From: Azolla caroliniana
Taxonomy: Eukaryota > Plantae > Polypodiophyta
Length of the DNA: 64,000 nucleotides
Assembly (NCBI GenBank): GCA_043228905.1
Contig: JBHGNT010000021.1
Span: forward strand, 3,224,001 to 3,288,000
Direction of reading: 5' to 3'
Shown here: positions 1 through 13,200 of the stretch, in pieces
Layout of the letters: each line of letters opens with the position of its first letter
Numbering within the stretch: the stretch's first letter is position 1
Translations under genes and position numbers: made by a program
The notes under the pieces: generated by a model
The model's database searches: none
What the model was told of the DNA's origin: nothing
Seen by the model: the letters and a program-made list of their open reading frames with translations, nothing else

Positions 1-2574
1 ATTAATGTTAGACAAACAGGATTCATGGAAAATAGATGTATAATTGATAATGTGTTGACCTTTTGGGAGGCGATTGCCCTGGCAAAGAAAACCAATCAAC
101 ATATTGCTGTCTCATGCTTGACTTCGAGAAGGCATATGACAGAGTACAGTGGCCTTTTTTAGACAAAGTCATGGAGCGGTTGGGACTACCCTCAAAATGG
201 ATATCAGCTGCTTTGGCCCTTTACAAAGGAAGCTTGAGTAGGGTGTTGGTATTAGGGCAACGGGGCCCATCAATTCCATTATGCAAGTCTGTCAGGCAGG
301 GGTGCCCGTTGGCCCCCTATCTTTATTTATTTATTTATTTCAGAGGCATTCTCTTTCTTTTTAAATAGACTGGATGCAGGAATTCAGGGATTGGTTGTCC
401 CACATGCTTGCAAGGACTTGTTGGACTCCATGTATGTAGATGACACTATGCTCTATCTGCAAGGTAATGATGCTAATTTACAACAAGCTGAAAAACGGAT
501 TGAGTTGTTTTGTAAAGCATCAGATGGGAAAATTAATTGGAACAAAAGTAGAGGGTTTTGGGTAAGTCCAAACTCATGGCCGCTTTGGCAACCTAATGCT
601 GATTTTCAATGGGTCCCTAATGGAAGGGTTGTTAAATATTTGGGTTTTTTGGTGGGAGTAGAGATTCAGAAAAATCAGCAGCTTGAGCAAGTGAAAGACA
701 AAATCAGAAAAAAGCTTCGGTTATGGGCATTAATAAAGCTTTCCCTTGCAGGTAGAGTGGTTGTGGTAAACCACATTTTGTTGGCCACCATGTGGCAGTC
801 CTTGGCATGTTGGATGTTAGATAAAGATTGTATCAAAAATATTAAGGCAATGGTGAGAGGGTTCCTTTGGTCGGGTAGAGACCATGAGACGACGTCAGGT
901 AAAGTGGCCTGGAATTGTTTGATCAAGGCAAAAACTCAAGGTGGACTAGGGATGGTGGATTCGGTTCACCAAAGTAAGGCTTTACTCGGTAAGCTCCTGG
1001 TGTGAAGTCTCCAACCTGGACCAGAATTGTGGAAATTGCTTCTTAGAGACAAAATCGAACTCTAGTGTCCGAGGAATGGGCCCTTGGAAGGCAAAGAAGT
1101 GGTGGTTGTTCAGTCTAGGACTAAAGTTAAAAGAACCTACTAGCATGGAGGAGTGGGCCGCACCATAATGAGGACCTGGTCAAGTTTAAGAGAGGGGTTG
1201 GTCTTAATACAGCAAAAAACGATGGAGGAACAACTCCATCAACCACTGTTTTGGAACCCCATGACTAGAAATAATGACGGTATGATGCTTGGCTAGAAAA
1301 AATACTTGCCATGGGGGTAAATGGTAGGGTACAACGTTAGTTCAGTAAGAGATTGGGAGGATTTCAAAAGGAAAAGAAGGGAGGGTCTGGTTGGGAGTCC
1401 TATGTTTATTGGCAAGCTGGAAAAGGTGACCCGTTTGATAGATAAGGCTATTGATGGTCTAGCTAGGCTGAATGAAGAAGACAGGGTTTGGTTTGGGTGG
1501 TTTGTAGATGAGGGCGATGCACAAATTATCCGAGGCAGGTGCCCATCTAATGAGTATTGTTTGTGGGCAACCTAAGTGTTGTGGCAGACAATAGCCAGTG
1601 GTTGGCAGTGTTGGAAGGTAAGAAGTGGCAAGTAAACTCGGACCCAGGGAAGCTGGAATCTGATTGTAAGGTTTGGATAGTTGACAACAAGCCCTTATGT
1701 GATTTGTATTGGGATCCACTAGAGGTGTGGTGGCAGAAACTGGGAACGGACAAACTGGAACGGTTTTCGAGTATACGACTAAGCTAGGAAGGCAAATCAT
1801 TGGCTCCAAATCGATGGGTGTTGCTCTAACTCGCAATAGTTGGAAGGATAAAGGCATTTCTGATGACTTGTTGAAGTCGTTTTGGAGGAGGCTATGGGCG
1901 TTCGATATGCCAGAAAAAATAAAGCTTTGGTTGTGGCTTCTTAGTCACAAAGCGGTACCGGTGGGGGAGTGGCTTAGGTGTTATGGCGGTGAGGCTGGTT
2001 GCAAGATTTGTGGACACCCTTTGGAATCAATTCCTCATTGTTTTTGGAATTGCAGAGAGACTATTAACATTTGGGGTAGAAGTCTCAGGATAGTGGCAGC
2101 ATGCGGCGTGAATGGGAGAGTTGTATGGGGGTCCGTACAGGGGCTGACGTTATCAGGGGAAGGCTGGGCTGAATAGTTAAACCCCCATGGTCATGGATTT
2201 ATAGTGCAGGGTGGCAAGGTGTTTCAACGGGCTAGAGTTTGACTTGGCACTAACTCAAATTTTTTTGAAGAGATATGGATGATGGTGGCTTGTTTATCGG
2301 TCAGGCACATTTGGACCAGGCGTTGTAAGTTTGTTTTTCAATAACAAAAGATCCCTAGCGGTGAGGTGTTATTAAATATCTGGTTTGAGTTGGTATCTTG
2401 GCTGCGGGGATGATACGACTCGATTAATGGGGAATCTGATGCAGTTGAAAGAACTCAATCAAAGTTCTTGCTGAAATGGGGTAGTTCTCTTATGGTGGGC
2501 AGATCATCATCATGGCCTCAATGGAACTACCAAGCACCCCGATGGCTGTTTCCCCCAATGGTTTCTATCAGTGA
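1..2574 (+). mobile_element. Degenerate L1-type LINE ORF2 (reverse transcriptase plus C-terminal zinc-knuckle), truncated by the window start
   Basis: Successive broken ORFs carry RT motifs LDFEKAYDRV, RQGCPLAPYLY, MYVDD and SLAGRVVVVNHIL, KVAW/GGLG, and zf-RVT CKICG..HCFWNC. Several frameshifts and stops. Confidence 0.9.
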
Positions 2575-2579
2575 CTAGG

Positions 2580-2888
2580 TGTTGTAAATATGTATAGATA
2601 TGCTACAAATTACTAGGTTTTGACAGGAACTACACGCTCCCGATGAACAACGCTCGGCCACAACCGAGTCTAAGATCAAACACAGAAAACGGATAATGAA
2701 CGCACGACACAAAGGAGAGAAGAGTACACAGGGTGTTTAACGTGGAAAACCCTAAGAGGGAAAAACCACGACAGTCCACTGACTGCTAACTATCACTATA
2801 TCACAATGATTACAACAGTGAGCTCATGGAGGCAACGACCTCGTGCTCACGATCTTCGCCATAGGCGGCGGTTACAACAGAGGCAACG

Positions 2889-2923
<35 letters not shown>

Positions 2924-3273
2924 CACTGTTACGCGCTCTCTGGTCTTGCGCCAACAAGAATGACAACAACCATAAAAGAGTTTGCCCTAAGTCATATTTA
3001 TACTAATGTGACTTTTTGGCTATTTACAAATATAGCCCCGATGGACTCTCAGAAAACAGTTTTACGAATATGTCCCTTCATCCGGTGAGCACTTGTCATC
3101 CGGTTCTCACCGGGTCTTCCGTTGCCGGGTACTCCACATCCGGTTCTCTCCAGGTCTTCACCATCCGGCTCATGCCGGGTACTTGTCATCCGGTTCTCAC
3201 CGGGTCTTCCGTTGCCAGGTACTCCACATTCGGTTCTCTTCACTTCCCATCCGGAGGGACTTGTTTCCTAACA
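2580..3273 (-). mobile_element. Probable solo LTR (copia-like) inserted into the LINE 3' region
   Basis: Bounded by TGTTG...CTAACA (TG..CA, inverted TGTT/AACA). Contains an AACGTGGAAAACCC..GGGAAAAAACCACG motif resembling plant copia LTRs read in reverse, plus a (CT)n tract. No clean 5-bp TSD (ctagg vs ggtta). Confidence 0.55.
3091..3240. repeat. 90-bp tandem repeat (~1.7 copies) inside the putative LTR
   Basis: acttgtcatccggttctcaccgggtcttccgttgcc at 3091 and 3181. Confidence 0.85.
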
Positions 3274-3689
3274 GGTTATAGGAGTTATTTGGATACTTTT
3301 GTTGAAAATGAGGTGGGGACTATGTTCACTTTGGTGGGAAGGCCAGAGTGAGGGTTGATGAGAGGAATTTTTGGTGATCTATGATGTAATTTGTTTGCTA
3401 ACTAATGCGAAGTAGTGTTTTTTTTGGAAAAAGAAAAGAAATGATGGTCATTACAAACAAAGTGACAAATTTCATTTCACCTTATTACGTTCTCATCTAA
3501 TTTCTCTAGCATTCCCAATATCTAGAAGAGTAAGAGAGTACCTAAGACCATTATAAATGAAATAATAAGTTTTATCTCATCTCACCGTACCTTATTTCGT
3601 TTCATGTCATTCCCACAACATTTCTCTCCCTTATTCTTCAATACATGGAAAAGGGGTATTGCTATTTGACAAGTTGGTTGATGTGGGTA

Positions 3690-3770
3690 TGATTGGTTGT
3701 GTTTTCATGTATGAGTTCTTTGTAGACTTTGGGCATCTTTCCATTAATACGAAGGTGAATCTTCAGGGAA
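3690..3770 (+). mobile_element. Short L1 3'-UTR fragment
   Basis: Reverse complement matches 40220-40290 (aagattcacc..tattaatg.aaagatgcccaaag.ctacaaagaa), the 3' end of the minus-strand L1. Confidence 0.55.
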
Positions 3771-4179
3771 GAAAAGAAAACATGGAAAAGGAGTGTTCCC
3801 AAGAGCAAGTAAGTGATCTTCTTCGAGAAAATGACAATCATTGCAGATAAAAAAGAGAAGTTCCATTGCATTAGGTCTTCATTTCGACGACATTTCTCTC
3901 ACTAATTTCCACAAGGTACGGAGACAGAGAGTGGGCGTGTTTCCAAAAGAAGCGAGCAACTATCTTGTAGAACCGACGGTCGTGGTAGATGAAGTAACAA
4001 ATCTATCTCATCTCATTGCCACACACAACATCCTTTATCTCCAATCTACCCATTTTCATTACTAAGAAGAGTATCCTAGGGACGAACAAAGAGGCTCATA
4101 GAGACTAGCAATCATCGGTAGGTGAATCTAATAAAATAATAAAGTCTTCATTCCGACTCCGTGTCTCTCTCTTCTCTCA

Positions 4180-4533
4180 AAATTTCATTTTCATTTTCAT
4201 TTTGATTCTCAATTTCATTCTCATTCTCATTTCATTTTCATTCTCAATTTCATTCTCATTTTCATTCTCAATTTCATTCTCATTTTCATTCTCAATTTCA
4301 TTTTCAATTTCATTTTCATTTTCATTCTCAATTTCATTCTCAATTTCATTTTCATTTTCATTTTCATTTTCATTCTCAATTTCATTCTCAATTTCATTTT
4401 CATTTCATTTTCATTTCATTTTCATTTCATTTCATTTTCATTTCATTTCATTTTCATTTCATTTCATTTTCATTTCATTTTCATGTCATCTCTCTCTCTC
4501 TCTCTCACTCACACACACACACACACACACACA
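4180..4533. repeat. Compound microsatellite (TTTCAT/TTCTCA)n, then (CT)n(CA)n, directly upstream of the LRR gene
   Basis: Directly visible low-complexity tract. Confidence 0.95.
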
Positions 4534-4586
4534 CTCCTTTCCACTACTGTTGAGCAACAGACGAACTCTGATGAGACCGCAGAGCC

Positions 4587-7500
4587 ATGGCGTCTTCGAA
4601 GATCTTCTTGTTCTCGCTCTTGTTGTTTTTGCTGACGCTTCGCTCCATCTCTCCCTCGCTCTCCAAGACGCTCAAGCGAGATGGTAAGCTAATCTTCGTG
4701 TACCTTTCTTTTTGGTCTGGCGTTTGTTTGTAAAGGAAGAACATTCAGAGTGTTATCGTAAAATATCCCATTTTATGTTGCAATTCTTTGGAGATATTCC
4801 AGGAGTAAGGCATATGTTCTTTACAATTTTTGATATGTTGTTTACAAGGAATAATATTTCAGATCATTACATTAGAAGAGGAGCTTGATTGCATCCTCTA
4901 TGACATTCATGTTCTGGACTGTCGTTTGTGAAGAGAGTCTAGAATTAAGGCTCTTGATCTTCTACAGCTTTCAGATATTCTTTTGTAAGGAAGAAGTTTC
5001 TTATCATTACTGGAAGAGGGAAGCTTGATCACATTTCTATTATGCTGTGGGATATCTTTTATGATTTATGTATACAAGATTATACCAGAAACCACTTGCT
5101 GCAGCATAATACATATGTATCCACGGTTGTTTCCTCTCCATGTTGACACCAAAAGTCAGTTGAACCTTAGATACTGAGAATTGCTTCAATGAAAAACCCT
5201 ATAAAACTGATCAAACATCAACATTGTCATGTTCCTAGGTTGTTTCAGATTATGTATAGGAGATTTTTCTACGTCCTTTGTGCTATATCTAATTCTTACA
5301 ATATGCGGTCCTTTAGAATGATGATTTATTATAGGTTTGCAAGTCGAGTTCCGTATATCTTTGTATTAATCAATGGCATGGTTATTGCTTGCAGTTAGAG
5401 CCTTGAATGACATAAAAGCGTCTCTTGGTTGGAAGGTTGTATATGCCTGGGTTGGAGATGATCCTTGTGGGGATGGAGACATTTCCCCTTGGGCTGGAAT
5501 TACATGCTCTCCTCCGATTCAAGGCGAGTATCGTGTAATAACTGAACTGTAAGCACATTACCTTGTAGATTATTATGTTCTGATCTTGATATTCACCAAT
5601 ATCCTGGTATCAAGATTATTATGTTTGCACACTTAACCACAAGGTTCCCCAATAGGCCTTATCATGAAGACCCTTAATGTGTTACAAACCTCTAGTCTGG
5701 TCAACTTTCTATTCTCATAGATTGGGACACCATACAACAATAATTTCTTCTTAGCTTCTAAGCTTTTGTAGGTTAAGTACTGTTATAAAGGAATGAATAT
5801 AAAGAGTCATTAAGTCTACAAAGAAAATGTTTAGAGATTGTCGTGAACCGTCTCATAAGAAAGGTTAGTTAGTGAGGTAAAATTGTGGGGTTATAGAAGT
5901 TGTGGAAAAATACAAAATTTGAGAAGTTTCCTGTGTACTCTAGCCAAAGTTCAGAAGTTTTGTTCAACCCTCAACTTGGTCAAAGTGAATAACTTTCACC
6001 CCCTGAAAAAAACAAGATCTCCTCGTGGTTATTCGTATCTGTCTCTTTCTCATTACTCTCGATGTTATGTTTTCCCCTCATGGAATCTTCCTCCCTAAAC
6101 CCCTTTGTTGGCTATGAATTTTGAAAGGTTTCTTGCATAAGCATTTGTGTTTATTTAAATTGTTTTGAATCCCTAATTACTGTATAATTTGATTATTGTT
6201 ATTATGCCTGTTTGATTATCTAGAGAATTATTTGGAGTTTCAATTGTTGGTCCATTCCCTGTGGCAGTCACAAATTTGTTGGACCTTAAAAAACTGTAAG
6301 CTTACAATATATTGGATATAAATTCATTATCAAATTATTTGCAGACTTTTAAACATATATATCTTTTGTAGTTCAAGCCTGTATTGCTAATGACAGTATA
6401 TGCCTTGTAGGGACCTTCATGGTAACAAATTGACAGGATCGATCCCATCCCAGATTGGTCTATTGAAAAACTTAGAAACTCTGTGAGTTTTCTTTCTTTA
6501 CCAATGGTCTGTTGGTCTTTCCTGTATCCATCCAAATGACTTCTATTGAAAGTTTGCTTATTTATGCTGATATTCCATTTTCCATCTCTTTCTTGCAAGT
6601 GATGAATCTATATAAAGCCACACATTTTGATGCAGGAACCTGCGTTGGAATAAGTTGCAAGATTTAATACCTCCTGAGATTGGGGAACTCAAGAAACTGA
6701 AAAATCTGTAAGTAAGCAAATAAACAAAGCGCAGCAGGTTTGCCTAAACCTTGGAAGCTCTTATTTATTTTAATGAAATCTTCTTAGGTACTTAAGCTTC
6801 AACAACTTGAAGGGTCCAATTCCAAAAGAGCTAGGCAATTTGGTAGAGCTAAGATACCTTTACCTTCATGAGAATCGATTGACCGGTCATGTACCAATCG
6901 AGATTGGGAACTTGCCAAACTTGCGTCATTTGTAAGGCTTCTTAATTGTGGTTAAGCTGAATATTTTGTATGACAGCGCTCTTAGGTTTCTTTCACATAT
7001 GTCCAGGGATCTAAGCAACAATCATTTGGTTGGAACTCTTCGGGAGCTTATCAGAAATGAGGGGTGTTTTCCTTCTCTCCGTTATTTGTAAGTATTTTGA
7101 AAATAAAACATTTATCATTAATTATGCTGTATCAGACATGATAAGTGAATTGAGCTGAGCCATTTATCCATGCTTATTTGGTTTCTAACCATTCTTAACT
7201 CATTAAGTTTGAAAAAACATACTCGAACACTAAATGCGCTTTTATGTTATTGTGGCCAAGTCAAAGCAATAATATCTGGAAAACAATTGCTGAATCTTGC
7301 TGGCTGTGTAGGTATCTGAATGATAACTGGTTAACTGGTGGAATCCCATCTCAGGTCGCACAAATTGGGAACCTTGAAATATTGTTAGTATCTTGTATTT
7401 AACTTCATTTTAGTAGGAGTTTAGGGGGTATGTGTATGTTTTTAACAGTGTTCTTGTCTTGTTTAGGTATTTGTCTCACAACAAGCTATCGGGACCTGTA

Positions 7501-8568
7501 CCTGAATCTCTTGCGTTTCTTCCTAGATTGACTTACTTGTGAGATTTTTATCTTATTTATTATATATTATTCTCATAAAATATAGAACAATCGCAAACAT
7601 GGTAATCCCCCGATTTCACATCCTGATGGCACATATGGAAGACCTGTTCTTCCATAGATTTGCATGCATATATGTCTATGTCAATGTCTTATTGATGGGA
7701 AGATGACTTGACCTGCCGTATCACACTACAGAGCACATGGGTAGGTGTGTTACGAGAAAGAAATCGATGCTTCTATTTATGACCTTTTCTCTTTTCTTGG
7801 AGATTAGAAGCATCTGTTTGCAAAGCATTGTGCAACTACATTAATCACCCGAGACATGATTTCCTTGATTTGGCAAACTCTCCATCTTTGATCCGTCAAT
7901 GCTGGAGATCTTTTGACAACAGAAGTGAGTTACAATTATAGCCAAGAAGGAAAAAAAGAGATCACATCCATCTGTCTACCACTATTCTCTGATTCTCTCC
8001 TGGTCTGACTTTGATGTGTAACTGCAAGTCCCTTGCGTGACTCTTGTTATCGCCAAGCGTCTGTGAAGTACACCATAAATTGGGAGCAATGCAAAAAATC
8101 AATATTAATTGGCCTAAATAAAATTACTGTGGGTCTTTTCCTGCTGTTATTTTCTCATATTCAACTCTTCATTGCCTCATAATTTGCTGTTAGTATTTCT
8201 GTTTCTAAAAAAAAGTTAGTGCAGAATTGTTTCTTATCTATTTCTAACTTAGGTCAGTGAATTATGTGTTATTGTACTGTATGTGATTTATGATTTTAAT
8301 GTTGTTGCAACATGATTGCAGATACCTTAATGATAATATGCTTTCTGGAAGAATTTCTGATGCATTTTATCAACATCAGAGCTTGAAGGAAATGTGAGAC
8401 TCTAGATTGTTAAGCCAAATGAGCAGAACTTATTTGATATTTATGGTTTTCATTTGAATGAATGCTGTATTTTGCAGGTACATTGAGGGGAACAACTTCA
8501 GTCCTGGTGTGAAGCCCATTGGTGTGCATAGGACAATGGAGTTATCAGACACAGAGTTTTTGTTTTGA
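4587..8568 (+). CDS. Secreted leucine-rich-repeat protein (signal peptide + LRRNT + LRRs, no kinase; resembles Arabidopsis At5g61240 family)
   Basis: 11 GT-AG exons: 4587-4683, 5395-5548, 6224-6295, 6411-6482, 6636-6707, 6788-6931, 7007-7087, 7312-7383, 7467-7538, 8322-8393, 8478-8568, most of them 72-nt single-LRR exons. Protein MASSKIFLFSLLLFLL..KTLKRDVRALNDIKASLGWKVVYAWVGDDPCGDG..ELSDTEFLF*. Confidence 0.92.
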
Positions 8569-10222
8569 TCTGAGTGTAGTATTTGTAAATCGGAAATTTG
8601 GGAGGTTATGGTCAAGTACTAGATACCAGAAAATTCCATACCAATCATACGTGTTTCTGCCTTGTTGAGTTTTTTCTTTGGAGTGATGATCTAACTGATT
8701 CTGTAGATTATTATTAGTTGGTGCGAAAAATATATACTGAACTGCACAGTCTAGCTAATTACAAGTTCCTCTTCTTTCATATAGCCCAACACATCTGTGA
8801 CTTATTGTACATGACATGAATCCAGCAAGTCAAATAGTTTGTTTCTGATTTTGTTAGATTTTAGAGTTATAAATGCTATGGTAAGAGGTTTTACATGCAA
8901 CATGTCTATGTCACATGGATAATGGGTATATTAGTTTACTTAAATATCGCCATTTCTAGATAAGAAGTTTTTGTTCACTAAAAACAATCAAGACATATAT
9001 ATGTGCACACTTTATGCATAAACTAAAGTTCTAGCTATATTTGGCTGCCATCAACTCAAAAGTAGTACTTCTTAACAGTGTCAAGGAAGCAGATACTTAT
9101 ATGCTTGGAGATATACATTACCAAGTATCAGATATATGCAAGTAAGTTCAAGTAACATGAAATCAGTAGATAAACATTACTAAGTAATCAGAAATGCAAG
9201 GAACATGTAGTTAGTAAGAAATTCAAGTAACAAGCAATTAGTTCCTCTTGAAGAACCAGAAACTCAGTACTCACTTATGTAGCCTGCATATACCAATGTC
9301 ATCATCATCTATAGAAGTCTAAAATCTTTACCGAAAATGGTACTATGTTCTCAAATAATACCACCAAAATCGACAATAACATATAGACCTCAATTTTTAG
9401 CATGGGTACCACCAAAATCCACAAGGCTAGTTTCTTGACTTTACAATGAAATGTGTTATATGATCTCTTTGTTTGCAATAGCTGAGCATCATCAGTCTTT
9501 AATTATTTGCAATGGCTGGTCACAAACTACAATGTGAGGCAACTAAACTCACGAGACAGCTTTTTGTATTGTTACATCAATCATGTGTAATTAAATCCTA
9601 AAATCAGGGTATTCATTGCAGTTTTATCAGTCAATTGCATAAAAGAAAGGATCTGGGCAGCAACTTGATTTATTTTAATTAAGCTCACATGGACATTGCC
9701 ACCACACCTCCCTTTGAGATATCTTAATAAATAAATAATAAAATAAAAGAATGGCTAGGTCAAGTGTGCATGAGTTCAAAATAGCATCCCCTCGGAGCAT
9801 AGATCCCTTCAAACATCTTACAATGGTACTCAGCTTCAAATAAACAAATCTGTCATGGCTGTAACTTGTATGGATAACTTGAGAATATTAAACTCCAAAT
9901 TTCAACCTGGAAAAGAGTACTATGAGTGGCCATTCCCTAATAATTTATGCATAAAAAGTCAATCCAATGATAATGTTCTGATGTTTTTAGCTCACCATGA
10001 CAATAAAAAAGATGAAAAAAACACCAAAATGTACCTAGTTTCTTGAACATTACCAAAATACGCCCTGGTCCTCAGAATTTACTACTAAAGAGGGGTGTTC
10101 TGGTCAATATTCAAAATATCAGGAATGTTTTGGTATTCTTTCCCTAAAAACATATGCCACTTCATACCTCCTATATAAGTTTCCAAGCATAGCATCTCCC
10201 TCCCGAATATGCAAAGGCATCA

Positions 10223-13200
10223 TCAGGATTGGTTTTCAAGGATTAACCAGTGCTTTCCATTATCATCTGTCTTGGCTGAAGTAGTAGGTTCATTTCGTGG
10301 TTTTGGTTTTCCAATTGTTTGAGAGAATCCATAACCCAATGATCCCCCACTTATTTCAGACAACTGCAAATATACTCCATAAGTTGCTGCTTCCAACATA
10401 AGAAAGGAATTTTATCAGTGTGTGATTACCTCAGTAAGATCTGACAGATGCTTAGATCTGAACTCATCAATAGTTGCTGCTATCTCTGCTGCCGGAAGTT
10501 GAATCTATCCAAGAAATCATTTTTATTGCTAATAACACGAGATTCAATATCTCAAAATGAAAGACAAAAAAAGAAGTAAAACTGACAGAATTTCATCTAT
10601 CCATAGCCTATAAGCAAATTAAACGCTCAAATTGAGGTGTCCTGAGTATGTCCCCCATTCATTCACAGTTGGTGTGATGATGTGTGAATATGGTGTTCAA
10701 TTATGCTATCTGAGAGTTGGATATATAAGGACGTTATTCTTGTAATGTTTGATCTATGTGCACGGGTCAATGCAATTGCCAAATTATTGATCAAAATCAA
10801 AATATACTTGTGCCAAGACTGCTGCTGCTAACTGTAAGCTTGGTTCCAAGGTTTCTGGCACAACCTAAAATCATAAACACAATTACGTAACCAACATCAT
10901 CAAGAATAAGACGAAGTCATTACCAAAAAGTACTATGAAAGATCACATACAGCTGTAGCCCCTGCTTTCTCTAGGTTGACTCCATGCTCAACATCATGTG
11001 CACGGACAAAAGTTTTCACATTGGGAAAATGCTTGCTCAAAGCCCATACTGTTCGGTAATTTGCACCAGGAGTATTAAGGGTAATTACTGCACATGATGC
11101 TCTCTCGGCACCAAGTTTATGGAGTACCTAAAAAATTAAATCTGGAACTCAGACCAAAAATTTCAAAAAAAGTTCACACAGTTTTTTAATAAAAACATCA
11201 AATAATGCCTAAAGTACTACGTAATTATGTTTGAGAAGTACTTAAAACTACGGTCCTACCTCCTTGCTCCCTGCATCCCCAAAGTATACAGGAAGGTCGA
11301 GGGCTCGTCCAGCTGTGACACGCTCACTGCAAATGAAGATGTGTTTAAATATTTCCATACACCAATTAAATCTGCTTAGGGACTCAAATTTGTAAAAAAT
11401 AATCGTGATTCAGGTCACCTCCTAACATCTAAAGCCACAAAGGGTATCAAAGAATCTGAAAGAAGCTGGGAAATGACCTGAAAGAAGACAATGGTAAGGT
11501 TAACCCCATCAGTATTAAGGAAATTCATGTTACAAACTCCCTTCCAAATTTCACCTGCCCTACACGTCCAAATCCACAGATGATGATATGACCTTGCAAG
11601 TCATCTGTCTGAAAGCAAATGCGGTCATAATCATATTACTGATGTGATGTTGACAAAGAGGTATGCAACAAACTAAATCAAGCTTTATTTCCATACCTCT
11701 GTTTCTGCTGGAAGTAAACTGAGCACATCTTGTTGCTGAAATCGAGAGGCTATGAACTGCCCTAGAGCTCCTAACCAAGGTGTTAGAGCCATGGACAACC
11801 CGACAATGAGAAACAGCAAAGATGACATGCTAGAAGTCATGATGTGCTGCACATATCAATAAATGAAAGACTATATCAGGATTGTTACATTGACTAACTA
11901 TATTTTAACAAATTCTTGCTGTACAAAATCGAACAACGCAGGTGAGAATGGGAATTTCTTGCCAATTGTTATTTCCTCAGGCTCACAATGGACCACAATC
12001 TCATTATTTTTATGGTGTGCCTGGAAGAGAGCTATAAACGCAGTTGAAATAAGTGGGCATGATTTTGGAAAATTAAGCTGACTAGTATATCAAAATTACA
12101 GTATCGACACACAAAGAAGAGAAACATACTCAGTTTGCTAAACAAATGCTAATCAGTAGCCAAGTAATATCATCACAATTATGGCTTATTGCATCAACTT
12201 TTACCTTCACCATTACCAGATTTTAAGATTTTCTGCTCCCTTTCAAGCTTGGGTTTCGACTAGAAGATACATTGATATTGTTCTCAAGAAAAGTAATAGA
12301 AGAGGAGTCTAACTTAAGCTTACCTGATTCACAGCTTCACCAAAAGCAACAAATGCAAATTCTCCACCTGGAGCAAGCAGAAGCCCAGCTCGGACAGCAG
12401 CCATAGGAGAAAGACCAAAAAGTCGGCCTATAGAACCCACTATGACTGTTTTTCCAATGAGTAGTAGACTTAATCCTCCAACAATGACAGGGAATTTGGA
12501 GATGAACAGTTTAGGATCTATTGACATGCCTACCTGCAAAGAGACAGATTTTTTTTCTTTTCAAGCTTCCGACCCATGAGATCAGATGCAAACACAGCAA
12601 AGCAACTAAAACTTGGTTAGCATTTAATGATTTTGATGCACAGATTACACTTTTTATGCATAGTACAATTGGGGTTTATATAATAAACCCTAAACTCTTT
12701 TGCATAAACAGTGGATATTACATGCATCACAAGCTATTTTATGGATGTCAGTTTGAACCACTCCCGTCTTTTCCACTTCGTTTATGTCCATATTGGAACA
12801 GTGGTAGAAAGAAAGATATATTAACATCTTTTAAGAGGCCGAAATGGCCAATAAGACCAGACAAGAGATTACATCTTAAATGTTGTCTCGCCTTTGAGAA
12901 CAAACTAACCAAAATAAATGTAACTAAAAAAAAAGAAGCGACTAAAGAATCTCAGTGTTTACACATGTAAGATTCTCAGGTCGGATGGATTGTAAACTTT
13001 GTCTTCAAAATATTTCTAGCATAGGTCGATCCAAAATGGCCTTTATTTCTCAATGACAAGGCTGGCAAGATTGTGGTCCACAAGGCCAGGGTCTACAGGC
13101 ATGACAGTTTCTAATGTCTGATCTATTGTAACCCCTCTGTAGTGTCATGGTCACAAGCCCACTTGTGTAGTCCTTGATTGACTTGTAGCATGAGCGGTGG

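Noticed and set aside
4202-4687. 161-aa SF-repeat ORF
   Set aside because: It is a translation of the TTTCAT microsatellite; the real LRR CDS starts at 4587 in another frame.
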